Position numbers and translations under genes: made by a program
Assembly: GCA_030390025.1 (NCBI GenBank)
Contig: JASTWF010000236.1
Location: forward strand, 62,001 to 126,000
DNA from: Squalus acanthias
Taxonomy: Eukaryota
Direction: 5' to 3'
Length of the DNA stretch: 64,000 bases
Notes under the pieces: model-generated
Seen by the model: only the letters and a program-made list of their open reading frames with translations
Database searches by the model: none
What the model was told of the DNA's origin: nothing
Shown: one piece after another, positions 23,250 to 35,912 of the stretch
Layout: each line of letters begins with the position of its first letter
Position numbering within the stretch: position 1 is the first letter of the stretch

Positions 23250-24365
23250 GTTGTTGCGTTTATCAAATGCCTTATCATGTCTCCTAACATCTCAAAGTGC
23301 TTCATATACAATGAATTACTTTGAAGTGCATTGACTGTTACTATATGGCTAAACACAGCAGCCATGTTTCATCTGGCAAGATCCTACAAACAATGATGAG
23401 ATGAATGGCAAGTTAATCTTTTTCTTTTTTTGGTGCTTTGATTGAGGGAGGATTGTTGGTCATGTTGAACGGTGCCATGGGTCAGAAGGTTGTGGGTTCA
23501 AGTCCCATTCCAGAGACTTGAGCACAAAAATCTTGGCTGTTACTCCCAGTGCAGTACCGAGGGAGTGCTGCAGTGTCGGAGGTGCCGTCTTTCAAATGAA
23601 ATGTTAAACCAAAGCCCTGTCTGCTCTTTCACATAAAAGATCCCATGGCATTATTTGAAGAAGAGCAGGGGAGTTATTCCCAGTGTCCTGGCCAATATTT
23701 ATCCCTCAACCAACATCACTAAAACAGATAATCTGGTCATTATCACATTGCTGTTTGTGGGAGCTTGCTGTGTGCAAATTGGGTGTTGCATTTTCCTACA
23801 TTATAACGGTGACTACACTGTACTTCATTGGCTGTAAAGTGCTTTAGGACATCCTGAGGTTGTGAAAGGCGCTAAATAAATGCATGTCTTCCTTTTTATT
23901 AACTTCACCTTTCTCCCTGATGTTTATAATGTTGTATTATCAATTCAGTTGGTAGCACTCTTGCCTCTGAGTCAGGAGGTTGTGGGTTCAAGTCCCACTA
24001 CAGAGACTTGAGCATAAAAATCTAGGCTGACACTCCCAGTGCAGTACAGAGGTCTTTCGGATGAGACGTTAAACCGAGGCCCCGTCTGCCCTCTCAGGTG
24101 GACGTAAAAGATCCCATGGCACTATTTCGAAGAAGAGCAGGGCAGTTACCCCAGTGTCCTGGCCAAAATTTATCCCTCAATCAACATCATTGCAAAAAAC
24201 AGATTATCTGGTCATTACCACATTGCCGTTTGTAGGAGCTTGCTGCCGTGTTTCAATTACAACAGTGACTACACTTCAAAAAGTACTTCATTGGTTGTAA
24301 AACGTTTGGGACATCCTGAGGTCGTGAAAGGCGCTCTCTAAATGCAAATCTTTCTTTCTTCTTTT
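23250..24365. mobile_element. cluster of three SINEs: ~23250-23480 (-), ~23480-23900 (+), ~23945-24365 (+)
   Basis: Repeated B box, Deu-like core and tail of the SINE family seen at 37511-37982. Confidence 0.8.
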
Positions 24366-24770
24366 CACTAACAAAGCGTCACAAATATTACCATTTATTA
24401 ACAGACTTATACCGAGTTATCACCTGCAACATTGGACAAACGATCATTATTCTACTTCGGAAGATATTGGTTAGCCACATCTTTTTGTTTTGACGACCTA
24501 CGACCACCAGAATGGAAACTGTCTCCAAGGATGACCACATGCTATCCAGACTGATTAACAACTCACATCAGCAGATACACAGACTGTGTGAACTACTAGA
24601 TCAATATCACGCAGAAGACAGATGCTGTCACCTCCATTCTGATTCCATGGCGACTGCAGTGGAATTGACTCTTTTGTAATGCTGTTTCGAACTCTGTTGC
24701 TGATTCAGCTCAATAATGAAACTCCAAGACTCCATATTATAGTTACTAATGAAAACATTCCAATATTGAG

Positions 24771-25525
24771 TTGCAGATATTCCGATCCCTACGGGTGGGT
24801 ACGCGTTGTGTACTCACCCGTAGGGACATCGGAAATGCTGGTTTCAGGCATGCCAAGCGCATGTGCTGGAAACCGGCATTTCCGATCTGTCAAGAAAGTT
24901 CTTGACAGATCCTCTGGCTGCCTGGGAGCAGGGCCTCTGCGGGCGGAGAGTTCTGTTTTTTGGAGACCCTCCGCCCGCAGAAAACACTTACAATTCTTAC
25001 GCCTAGTAAAAGCAAGCGTAAGGCCTGCTTTTACCAGGATAAGAGTTGAAAAAAGTTTTTTTTTTTAATTTCCACTGATTTATCATTTAAAAATACTTTA
25101 AAGAAAGGTAAGTTTATTTTTAGCCCCGTTAAAAACTTTAATTATTTTTTTCAAAAAATAAAATTTTTGTTTAAAATACTTAATTTATTGTAATTTAAAG
25201 TCATTTTAAAAATGTGATTTTTAAAAAAAATTTATTTGAAGTTTTACTATGTTTTGGGGTGATCTCCATTCATATATTTGACAGGTCTTCCTGTCAAATG
25301 TATGAAGGGAGATTCCCTTCTCTGATTGGCTCCCCATGGCCCACGTGATCCCAGGGACGCTGCGAACCGCCTGCGCCTCTGGGATACGTGGGCCCTGCGC
25401 ACTGGCAGTTTGGAGAGGCCCAGCAGCGGAACTCTGCGCCTCCCGGGAGCCCTCCGGTCTTGGTGCAGATTTTTCCAGATCGTAGCCCTCCGCCCGCGGG
25501 AGGCCTGTGATCGGAATATCTGGCC
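24771..25525 (+). mobile_element. Harbinger-type MITE family B, copy 1
   Basis: TIR cagatattccgatc..gatcggaatatctggcc; homologous in reverse to 30862-32306. Confidence 0.72.
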
Positions 25526-25734
25526 TGTTATTAATTTTAGCTAATTCAATGCTAATAGCAGCTGAGATTATTGTTTATTGTATATTCATTTGAAAGACTT
25601 TCTTCCTGTTACTAATTTGGCTAATCCCAATGATTACGGTAATTGATCTTTGACGACTATTAACATGTCTGCGTGGAAATGTCTCCATTAATATAATCAG
25701 CAGAAAATTCTGGAAACACACAGCAGGTCTTCCA

Positions 25735-26400
25735 GCACCTCAAAGCTCTGCAGGGCAGTAGTGATAACCACCCTCCTGTATGCCTCAGAGACATGGACCA
25801 TGTACAGCAGGCACCTCAATGCACTGGAGAATACCACCAACGCTGCCTCCGCAAGATCCTGCAAATCCATTGGCAGGATAGGTGCACCAACGTCAGTGTT
25901 CTCGCTCAGGCCAATATCCCCAGCATCGAAGCTTTGACCACGCACGATCAGCTCCGATGGACGGGTCACATTGTCCACATGCCCGATACGAGACTCCCAA
26001 AACAAGCGCTCTACTCGGAGCTCCAACACGGCAAGAGAGCCCCAGGTGGGCAGAGGAAACGCTTCAAGGACACTCTCAAAGCCTCCTTGAAAAAGTGCAA
26101 CATCCCCACCGACACCCGGGAATCCCTGGCCCAAGACCGCACAAAGTGGAGGAGAAGCATCCGGGAAGGCGCTGAACACCTGGAGTCTCTTCCTCTTCGC
26201 CGGGAGCAAGTGGAAGCCAAGCGCAAGGAGCGCATGTCAACCCAAACACCCCACCCCCCCCGCCCCTTCAACCACCATCTGCCCCGCCTGTGACAGAGAC
26301 TGTAGGTCCCACATTGGACTCATCAGTCACCTGAGAACTCATTTTTAATGTGGAAACAAGTCATCCTCGGTTCCGAGGGGCTGCCTAAGAAGAGAAGATG
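25735..26400 (+). mobile_element. RTE-clade LINE 3' fragment
   Basis: QRCLRKILQIHWQD..LRWTGHIVHMPDTRLPKQALYSEL..GGQRKRFKDTLK is a typical RTE C-terminus; ends in a short aagaagag tail. Confidence 0.85.
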
Positions 26401-26449
26401 ACTTCAAAGATAAAAGATAGGTTAACGTATCAGGTGATGCCCCTTTGCC

Positions 26450-26670
26450 CAGTGTCCTGGCCCAATATTTATCCTTCAACCAACATCACCAACACAGATT
26501 ATCTGGTTATTATCTCATTGCTGTTTGTGGGAGCTTGCTGTGTGCAAATTGGCTGCCGCGTTTCCTACATTACAACAGTGACTACACTTCAAAAAGTACT
26601 TCATTGGCTGTAAAGCGCTTTGGGACATCCTGAGGTCACAAACAGCATTATAAAATTCAAGTTCTATCTT
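26450..26670 (+). mobile_element. SINE 3' half
   Basis: Matches the SINE core and tail. Confidence 0.75.
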
Positions 26671-26733
26671 TTCCTGTCAGAATTGGAATAAGGTGGCCCC
26701 CTTTATAGGACGGGCTGAAAGGTGAAACATATT

Positions 26734-27477
26734 GGCCCAGAAATTAAAGACGGAGCCTTCCTGCGGGGGTAAGGCTTCCCCGCGATATCTCACTGCGCGC
26801 CTGCCTTTTCCTTCCGAGCTCGCACGAACTTTAGTTTCAAGACTGCAGCTGTGCAGTGTGTGCGTATCCCACAGACGCAGTTAATTCGTGCAAGCTGTGG
26901 GATCACGTGATTAAGTTTGAGCCAATGGCAGCACACCATCTTTCATTCATAGTTTTCACAGCAAGTGCTGTCAAAGCTATGAATCTATACCCCCCCAAAA
27001 GAACAGCTAAACCTCAATTAAATTTTTTTTAAAAACCATCACATTAATAAAATAAGTATAGTTAAATAAATTAACCACTTTAAACAAAAAATTACATTTT
27101 TGAAAATTTTTTAAATCTTTTTAAAAGTTATAAAAATAAACTTACCTTTCTTTAAAGTCTCTAAAAAAGATATACCTGTTGAAAAAAATTCAAAATAATA
27201 CTTAATTAACTACTTACCTTGTTAAAAGAGGATCTTCCGCCTCCTTTCTTTATGTGCAAAATCTTCCATGCTTACCTGCGCGTTCAAAGCACTAAGTGCA
27301 CTGCGTGTGCGCAGCCTGTAGCGCGCACGCGGTTCACCTAGGAACCGCCCCCTTTTGAAATCACCAAGAGCCGGTTTTCAGTGCATGCGCAGTGCATGCT
27401 GGAAACCGGCAATTGGAGACAGAATACGCGAGAGTACACAGTGCGTACTCTCGCATACTGATACTAATTTTTGGGCC
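26734..27477 (+). mobile_element. Harbinger-type MITE family A, copy 2 (744 bp)
   Basis: TIR GGCCCAGAAATTA..TAATTTTTGGGCC, TSD ATT on both sides, collinear with copy 1. Confidence 0.88.
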
Positions 27478-27869
27478 ATTGAATAATATAGAATCAGAGT
27501 CAGCCTGTGGAAGGCATCAGAAAGACAAAAGCTGAGTGAAACAGCTCTAAAATGGAAGGGAATTCAGTGGATTATGTGCAGGAGAATCAAGCGGAGAAAC
27601 TCAGGAGACAGCTGTTCAAACATGTAGACATTCACACCCACATAGTTACGTGCAATCTTCAATACTTATTTCTAGTCGGTGTGTAAAACCTTCTCACAAT
27701 TGTGCTCTATACTCTCAGTGTAACCAGCTGATTTCTCTGGCCTGATTTAAGGTTTCAATCTCAAGTAAATTAGCACAGTCTCTGGCTGTGTTTTTATGAC
27801 TTGTTAGACCCTTTTGATGAGCATCCTTAAATTCTATTTTAACACACGTATATCCACACACATAATTTT

Positions 27870-30410
27870 TTTTAATTCATTCACGGGATGTGGGCGTCGC
27901 TGGCAAGGCCAGCATTTATTGCCCATCCCTAATTGCCCTTGAGAAGGTGGTGGTGAGCCGCCTTCTTGAACCGCTGCAGTCCGTGTGGTGAAGGTACTCC
28001 CACAGAGCTGTTAGGGAGGGAGTTCCAGGATTTTGACCCAGCGACGATGAAGGATCGGCGATATACTTCCAAGTCAGAATGATGTGTGACTTGGAGGGGA
28101 ACTTGGAGGTGGTGGTGTTCCCATGCGCCTGCTGCCCTTGTCCTTCTAGGTGGAAGAGGTCGCGGGTTTGGGAAGAAGCCTTGGTGAGTTGCTGCAGTGC
28201 ATCTTGTAGATGGTACACACTGCAGCCACGGTACGCCGGTGGTGGAGGGAGTGAATGTTTAAGGTGGTGGATGGGGTGCCAATCAAGCGGGCTGCTTTGT
28301 CCTGGATGGTGTCGAGCTTCTTGAGTGTTGTTGGAGCTGCACTCACCCTGGCAAGTGGAGAGTATTCCATCACACTCCTTACTTGTGCCTTGTAGATGGT
28401 GAAAAGACTTTGGGGAGTCAGGAGGTGAGACACTCGCTGCAGAATACCCAGTCACTGACCTGCTCTTGTTGCCACTGCATTTATGTGGCTGGTCCAGTTA
28501 AGTTTCTGGTCAATGGTGACCCCCAGGATGTTGATGGTGGGGGATTCGGCGATGGTAATGCCGTTGAATGTCAAGGGGAGGTGGTTAGACTCTCGCTGTT
28601 GGAGATAGTCATTGCCTGGCACTTCTGTGGCGCAAATGTTACCTGCCACTTACCAGCCCAAGCCTGAACGTCGTCCAGGTCTTGTTGCATGCGGGCATGG
28701 ACTGCTTCATTATCTGAGGAGTTGTGAATGGCACTGAACACTGTGCAGTCATCAGCAAACATCCCCATTTCTGACCTTATGTTGGAGGGAGGTCATTGAT
28801 GAAGCAGCTGAAGATGTTTGGGCCTAGGACACTGCCCTGAGGAACTCCTGCAGCGATGTCCTGGGGCTGTGATGATTGACCTTCAACCACCACAACCATC
28901 TTCCTTTGTGCTAGGTATGACTCCAGCCAGTGGAGTGTTTTCCCCCCCGATTCCCATTGACTTCAATTTTACTAGGGCTTCTTGATGCCACACTCGGTCA
29001 AATGTTGCCTTGATGTCAAGGGCAGTCACTCTCACCTCAGCTCTGGAATTCAGCTCATTTGTCCATGTTTGGACCAAGGCTGTAATGAGGTCGGGAGCTG
29101 AGTGGTCTTAGCGGAACCCAAACTGGGCATCTGTGAGCAGGTTTTTGGTGAGTAAGTGCCGCTTGATAGCACTGTCGATGACACCTTCCATCACTTTGCT
29201 GATAATTGAGAGCAGACTGATGGGGCGGTAATTGGCCAGGTTGGATTTGTCCTGCTTTTTGTGGACAGGACATACCTGGGCAGTTTTCCACATTGTCGGA
29301 TAGATGCCAGTGTTGTAGCTGTACTGGAACAGCTTGGCTAGAGGCGCGGCTAGTTCTGGAGCACAAGTCTTCAGCATGATAGCCGAGATGTTGTCGGGGC
29401 CCATAGCCTTTGCTGTATCCAGTGCGCTCAGTCGTTTCTTGATATCACGTGGAGTGAATCGAATTGGCTGAAGACTGGCTTCTGTGATGGTGGAGACCTC
29501 AGGAATAGGCCGATATGGATCATCCACTCGGCACTTCTGGCTGAAGATGGTTGCAATCGCTTCAGCCTTGTCTTTTGCACTCACGTGCTGGGCTCCACCA
29601 TCATTGAGGATGGGGATATTCATGGAGCCTCCTCCTCCCGTTAGTTGTTTAATGGTCCACCACCATTCACGACTGGATGCGGCAGGACTGCAGAGCTTTG
29701 ATCTGATCCGTTGATTGTGGGATCGCTTAGCCCTGTCTATAGCATGCTGCTTCTGCTTTTTAGCATGCATGTAGTCCTGAGTTGCAGCTTCCCCAGCTTG
29801 GCACTTCATTTTTAGGTATGCCTGGTGCTGCTCCTGGCATGCTCTTCTACACTCCTTATTGAACCCCTGGCTTGATGGTAATGGTAGAGTGAGGGATATG
29901 CCGGGCCATGAGGTTACAGATTATGGTGGAATACAATTCAGCTGCTGCTGATGGCCCACAGCGCCTCATGGATGCCCAGTTTTGAGCTGCTAGATCTGTT
30001 CTGAATCTATCCCATTTAGCACGGTGGTAGTGCCACACAGCACGATGGAGGGTGTCCTCAGTGTGAAGACGGGACTTCGTATCCACAATGACAGTGCGGT
30101 GGTCACTGCTACAATACTGTCATGGACAGATGTATCTGTGACAGGTAGATTGGTGAGGACGAGGTCAAGTAGGATTTTCCCTCGTGTTGGTTCTCTCACC
30201 ACCTGTTGCAGGCTCAGACTGGCAGTTATGTCCTTCAGGACTCAGCCAGCTCGGTCAATAGTGGTGCTACCAAGCCACTCTTGGTGATGGACATTGAAGT
30301 CCCCCACTCAGAGTATATTCTGTGCCCTTGCTACTCTCAGTGCTTCTTCCAAGTGGTGTTCAACATGGAGGAGTACTGATTCATCAGCTGAGGGAGGGCG
30401 GTTGTACGTT
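27870..30410 (-). mobile_element. 5'-truncated CR1-group (L2/Crack-like) LINE with disrupted APE-RT ORF2
   Basis: PTRGKILLDLVLTN (APE end), KAMGPDNI, NYRPISLLSIISKVME, TALDIKATFDRVWH, GMFADD; multiple frameshifts. Confidence 0.9.
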
Positions 30411-30861
30411 CCTTTGTTTGATCATGTTGATGAAAGTAGGCATGAGTATAAAATAGTAAATTTAAATGAGCAAACTGAGGAGGCTGGGTTATTTGTTCTG
30501 ATTGCACCTTTGAGATATTGCTGGACATTTTGAAAATATCATACCTACTCCAAAGCTAAACAGCTCGCCCACTGGGAATCCCAGAACAGCCATCTTTGGG
30601 GATCTATACATAATTGAAAGGCCTTTATAGATAAATCTTGGCCTTGTGTGTATATAACCATTTCAGAATATAATAAGGTATTGTATTTGTCAGAAATAAG
30701 AAAAAAACAAAAATAATTCAAGATAAGACTTGTGATGGGCATGAACACCAAGTCTGCTAAATTTCTAAGCCCAGAAGCAATTCTGATCTGGAACACAGTA
30801 AAATACATAATTATGCTCGGAGCAAAGTTTCCATCCTGCATCAAATAGAGAAAGTTTCAAT

Positions 30862-32306
30862 GGCCCGTATTTTCTGATCGGAGGCTTCCTGCGTCCGGAG
30901 GCCTCCGATCTGGAAAAATCTACGAACTTACCTGAGGGCTCCCGAGGTGTGTATACTTCCGATCCTGGGCCTCTCCAAACTCGAAATGCGCAGGGCCACG
31001 CATCCCAGAGGCGCATGCGGTTCGCAAGCGTCCCTGGGATCATGTGGGCCATGGGGAGCCAATAAGAGAAGGGAATCTCCAATCATACGCTTGACAGATA
31101 GACCTGTCAAATATATGAATGGAGATTACCCCAAAAACACAGTAAAACATTAAATCAATTTTAAAAAAAATCACTTTTTAAAAATGAGTTGAAATTACAA
31201 TATATTAAATATTTAAAACAAAAATTTAATTTTTTGAAAAAAATAATTAAAGGGCCAAAAATTGATCCCGCTGCGCGAGAGTATGCACTGCGTACTCTCG
31301 CGTATTCTCTCTCCAATTGCCGGTTTTCTGCATGCCCTGCGCATGCGCTGAAAACCGGCACTTCGTCTTTGGAAAAGGGGGCGGTTCCTCGGTGCATCGC
31401 GTGCGCGCTACAGGCTGCGCGCACGCTGTGCACTTCGTGCTTTGGACGCGCAGGTAAGGACGGAAGATTTTAGAAATGGAAAAAGGAGGAGTAAGACCCA
31501 CTTTTAACAAGGTAAGTAGTGAATTAAGTATTTTTTTGAATTTTTTTTAACAGGTATATCTTTTTTAGAGACTTTAAAGACAGGTAAGTTTATTTTTATA
31601 ACTTTTTAAAAGATTTTAAATTTTTTCAAAAATTTAATTTTTTATTTAAAATGGTTAATTTATTTAACTATACTTATTTTATTAATGTGATGGTTTTTTA
31701 AAAAAATTTAATTGAGGTTTAGCTGTTATTTTGGGGGGTGTAAAATTCATAGCTTTCACAGCACGTATGTGAAACTTATGAATGGAAGATGGTGTGCTGC
31801 CATTGGCTCTAACTGAGTCACGTGATCCCACAGCTCGCACGAATTCACTACGCCGGTGGGATACGCAAGCACTGCCCAGCTGATGTCTAGAACATCAAGT
31901 TCGTGCGAGCTGGATCTGAAAAAGCCAATGCGGAGTGAGAGATCGCGCCTGCTCCTTACCCCCGCGGGAACAGAGCGAGATCAATTTCTGGGCCAAAGTG
32001 TTTTACGGGGCTAAAAATAAACTTACCTTTTTTAAAAGTATTTTTAAATGATAAATGAGTGAAAACATTTTTTTTTACTTTTTTCAACTCTTATGCTGGT
32101 AAGAGCAGGCCTTACGGCTGCTTTTACCAGGCGTAAGATTTCTAAGGGTTTTCTGCAGGCGGAGGTTCTCCAGAAAGTGGAACTATCTGCCCGCAGAGGC
32201 CCTTCTCCAGGGCATGCGCTTGGCATGCCTGAAACCGGCATTTCCGATGTCCCTACGGGTGCGTACACAGCTCGTACACACCGGTAGGCATCGGAATATA
32301 CGGACC
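30862..32306 (-). mobile_element. Harbinger-type MITE family B, copy 2 (hosts MITE A3)
   Basis: TIR ggcccgtattttctgat..atcggaatatacggacc with aat/att flanks; reverse homologue of 24771-25525, split by a 743-bp insertion. Confidence 0.75.
31252..31994 (-). mobile_element. Harbinger-type MITE family A, copy 3 (743 bp)
   Basis: Reverse complement of copy 1; TIR GGGCCAAAAATTGATC..GATCAATTTCTGGGCC; TSD AAA. Confidence 0.88.
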
Positions 32307-33124
32307 ATTATTTTTTTGAAGAAATAGAGTTAAGATGGAAGCCGTCTTTCCTTGCTAAATTACAAGATGGAAGCCGGAGCCCAGCTGTCTGCTAGAACAC
32401 AGGCAAGTACTTTGGTCTGTAGACTAGCCAGGAAGTGGATGCTTTGTCCTTTGGGTGCTAATCTTCAAAGCATTAATTGGATATGTGAAGCTTGGTCGAG
32501 GCGTGAATACTTCAAGTGATTTTATGCATAGGATGCAAAATTGTATCTTTGAACTTGATCTGTGAGCAGCTCATTATTCAGAGGCGCTCTGGTCTGAAAT
32601 GCGCTGCCAACTTACCTCAACATCTTTCGTTCAGTTTGGCTGAGCTTCTAAAATGGACATTTGGACTCAATAGGAATTGTATCATCCATGTACAAACATC
32701 ACATTAAGAGGTCGACATAAGACTGTTTCCTCTGAAAGTTTTCCAGATTATCAGACTGTTTAAAGAAATGCATTCTGAAAAAGATTTTAAGCACATAATT
32801 GTTTTTTGCAGTACCTATGCCATCAGTAACGTACGTTGTCTTTATGCTTCTGTGTAATTATTTTATTTGTAAATAAATGAGATTATTAGTTTTAGCCTGA
32901 ATATAATGGTCTGGCAATGTGGTGCCTACTACCTTTCAGAGTAGACAGCAGCATTGCAGCCATCCCACATGGTCTCCAGTGCATTATATGATAATTAAAG
33001 GCTAATTGTTGGTGCTGTGTCATGCTGTCCCATTCACTCCATGAATAAAGTTGCAGGTTTTGGTTACTAAGTCTGCTTACGGAAATACTTTTCTATCATG
33101 GACGTAAATAAAAAAGTACAAAAA

Positions 33125-33685
33125 GAAGATACTGCAGATGCTGGAAATCTGAAATAAAAACAGAAAATGCTGGAGATACTCAGCAGGTCAGGCAGCATCT
33201 GTGAAGAGAGAAACAGAGTTAACGTTTCAGGTCGATGACCTTTCGTCAGAACTGGAAAAAAGCAGGAAATGGAACAGATTTTTAAGCAAGTGTAGGAGCT
33301 GGAAAAGCGGGGAGGGGATGAAAGAACAAAAGGGAAGGTCTGTGATAGGATAGAAGGCAGGAGAGATTAAGAGACATTAAGAGATATTCAAGACAAAAGG
33401 AGATGGTAATGGGACAGGTTAAGAAACAAAAGATGGCTCTCGATGAAGTGTAAATTGCGCTGGCAGAATGAAAGACAGCTGCCATGTGGGAGAGAAGAAA
33501 AGAAAACATAAACAAAAAAAAAAGTGTGGAAAAACATATATATATGATAGGGGCCGAGGTTATGATCCGAAATTGTTGAACTCTATGTTGAGTCCAGAAG
33601 GCTGTCAAGTGCCTAATTGAAAGATGAGGTGCTGTTCCTCGAGCTTACGTTGAGCTTCAGTGGAACAATGTAAGAGGCCGAGGGA
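33125..33685 (-). mobile_element. Penelope-like element 3' fragment with hammerhead motif
   Basis: Homologous to 35790-36210; encodes the end of the GIY-YIG domain (..KLEEQHLIF.LGT.QPSGLNIEFNNF). Confidence 0.8.
33217..33253 (-). ncRNA. minimal type I hammerhead ribozyme motif
   Basis: agtt-CTGACGA-a-aggtc atc gacct-GAAA-cg-TT-aact. Confidence 0.7.
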
Positions 33686-34624
33686 AATAAAAAGTGTTGG
33701 GAGGAAGCCTAATTGTAATAGTCATCTGAACAAAAAGTATGCAATTTATATTAATTATTACTGAGTGATTAAGGGGATATCGATATAAAATGGTTTTACT
33801 TCTGAATTTTCTATTCAGTTTGTATAAATATTTATTGTATTAGTTATAAATGGTCAATTTAACAGTGATATCAATAGATGCTGCCATCCTACAAGGTTGA
33901 CCTTGGTCTTCTGACAACGTAGGTATCAAATGCAAACACAAGTGGTGGTGATTAATGCACTTGATGATATTGCTTCATTCAGACTTGGCTTCCAGGAACC
34001 CTCCCTACCTAAAAAGTGACAATGATGGCTGAGTGCAGAAATGTCACCACCAGTTAATAGGTTTTAAAAAAAAACTTGCCTTTTCAAAATTAATATATTG
34101 TAAAGTTTGATCCTGGTGTATCAATTTAAAAACAAAATTTGCAACCATATTCATTACCCTACAGGGACCCAAGTCTCCTTTAATTATAAATTAATTTTCT
34201 CTCTGCCATCTGCATAATTTTTGGTGTAGTCTTATTGTGCAAGCCAATAACTAGCATTCAGGTAGTAGAATTATTCCACAATTTTTTTTCCTATTTTTGG
34301 AATTTGATTCTGAAGAAAGTATATTCACATTTTATGAAGCCACTACACATGCGGGTGTTTATTCACACATATACACTTTATGAGACCACAATATTTCAAC
34401 ATATATTGCCACCACTTATGACGTTTCCTTTTGCAAATGACAGTTCTATTCTTTTCTTTGATGTAATGTTTTGCTGACTGACCTGTTTGGACACCATCCA
34501 CACCTTTGATTGCCGTGATTATCTCTCTGCCGAGGTGTGATAAAGGGCAGTTGGAAAGATTAACTGTAATCATCTGGCAGTGTTCTCTGACTATTTATGC
34601 TGTGACTATATGCATCTCTTCACT

Positions 34625-34749
34625 TCACCTGACGAAGGAGCAGCGCTCCAAAAGCTTGTGATTTCAAATAAAGCTGTTGGACTATAACCTGGTGTTGTGC
34701 GACTTCTCACATTTGTCCACCCCAGTCCAACATCGGCATCTCCACATCA
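34625..34749 (+). mobile_element. second Penelope-like family terminal fragment with decayed hammerhead
   Basis: tcac-CTGACGA-a-ggag cagcg ctcc-[a]AAA-gc-TT-gtga; the rest is near-identical to 8308-8407. Confidence 0.65.
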
Positions 34750-34896
34750 GTTCTATACCCAGTTAACTTGCTGGAACTCAAACCTCCCATCCTTCTTTTT
34801 CCCAACTGTTCCTAAATATACATAAACATTTTTTTTGATTGCTATATTCACAGGATCCAACCAAGGAGGGAAATATTGCATGACGGGATAGACATT

Positions 34897-35655
34897 GGCC
34901 CAGAAATTAAACAGTGAGGGTTCCCGCGGGGGTAAGGATTCCCCGCGATATCGCACTCCGCGCCTACCTTTTTGCTCCGGGCCCACACGAACTTTCGTTT
35001 CAAAGGCTCTCTCTCTTGGAACCGTGCATTGCGTGACCCAGAGACGCAATTAGTTCGTGCGAGCTCTGGGATCACGTGATTCAGTTAGAGCCAATGGCAG
35101 CACACCATCTTTCATTCATAGTTTTCGCGGCAAGAGCTGTCAAAGCTATGAATACTACAAACCCCCAAAAGAACAGCTAAACCTCAATTAAATTTAAAAA
35201 AAGCCATCACATTAATAAAATAAGTATAGTTAAATAAATTAACCACTTTAAACAAAAAATTAAATTTTTGAAAAAATTTAAAATCTTTTTAAAAGTTATA
35301 AAAATAAACTTACCTTTCTTTAAAGTCTCTAAAAAAGATAAACCTGTTGAAAAAAAATTAAAATAACACTTAATTAACTACTTACCTTGTTAAAAGGGGG
35401 TCCTACGCCTGCTTTCTTTGTGTGTAAAATCTTCACCACTTACCTGCGCGTTCAAAGCTGAAAAAAAAACGAAGTGCACTGCGTGCGCACAACCTGTAGC
35501 GCGCACGCGGTTCACTTAGGAACCGCCCCCTTTTCAATTCACGAAGTGCCGGTTTCCCGCACATGCGCAGTGCATGCAGGAAACCGGCAATTCGGGATCT
35601 AATACGCGAGAGTACACAGTGCGTACTCTCGCGTATTAGGTTTAATTTTCGGGCC
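34897..35655 (+). mobile_element. Harbinger-type MITE family A, copy 4 (759 bp)
   Basis: TIR GGCCCAGAAATTAAAC..GTTTAATTTTCGGGCC; flanks att/aat; collinear with copies 1-3. Confidence 0.85.
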
Positions 35656-35875
35656 AATATAAGCTTCCATTTCAATTACAACTTTTAAAATCACAAACTT
35701 ATAAAAAGAATGTTATTCCAGTAGCACCTTTAAGTTAAAATCTTTTACAATTTCCTAAACAAACCACATTATATTTAATACAATATCAAAATACTGCGGA
35801 TGCTGGAAATCTGAAATAACAGAAAATGCTGGGAACACTCAGCAGGCCAGGCAGCATCCGTGGAGAGAGAAACAG

Positions 35876-35912
35876 AGTCAACGTTTCAGGTCTGGGACCC
35901 TTCATCAGAACT
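35876..35912 (-). ncRNA. minimal type I hammerhead ribozyme motif
   Basis: agtt-CTGATGA-ag-ggtc cca gacc-t-GAAA-cg-TT-gact on the minus strand. Confidence 0.7.

Noticed and set aside
32616-32731. Candidate minus-strand exon (cag acceptor, AG|GTAAGT donor)
   Set aside because: Stops in all three frames and a weak polypyrimidine tract; unsupported without RNA data.
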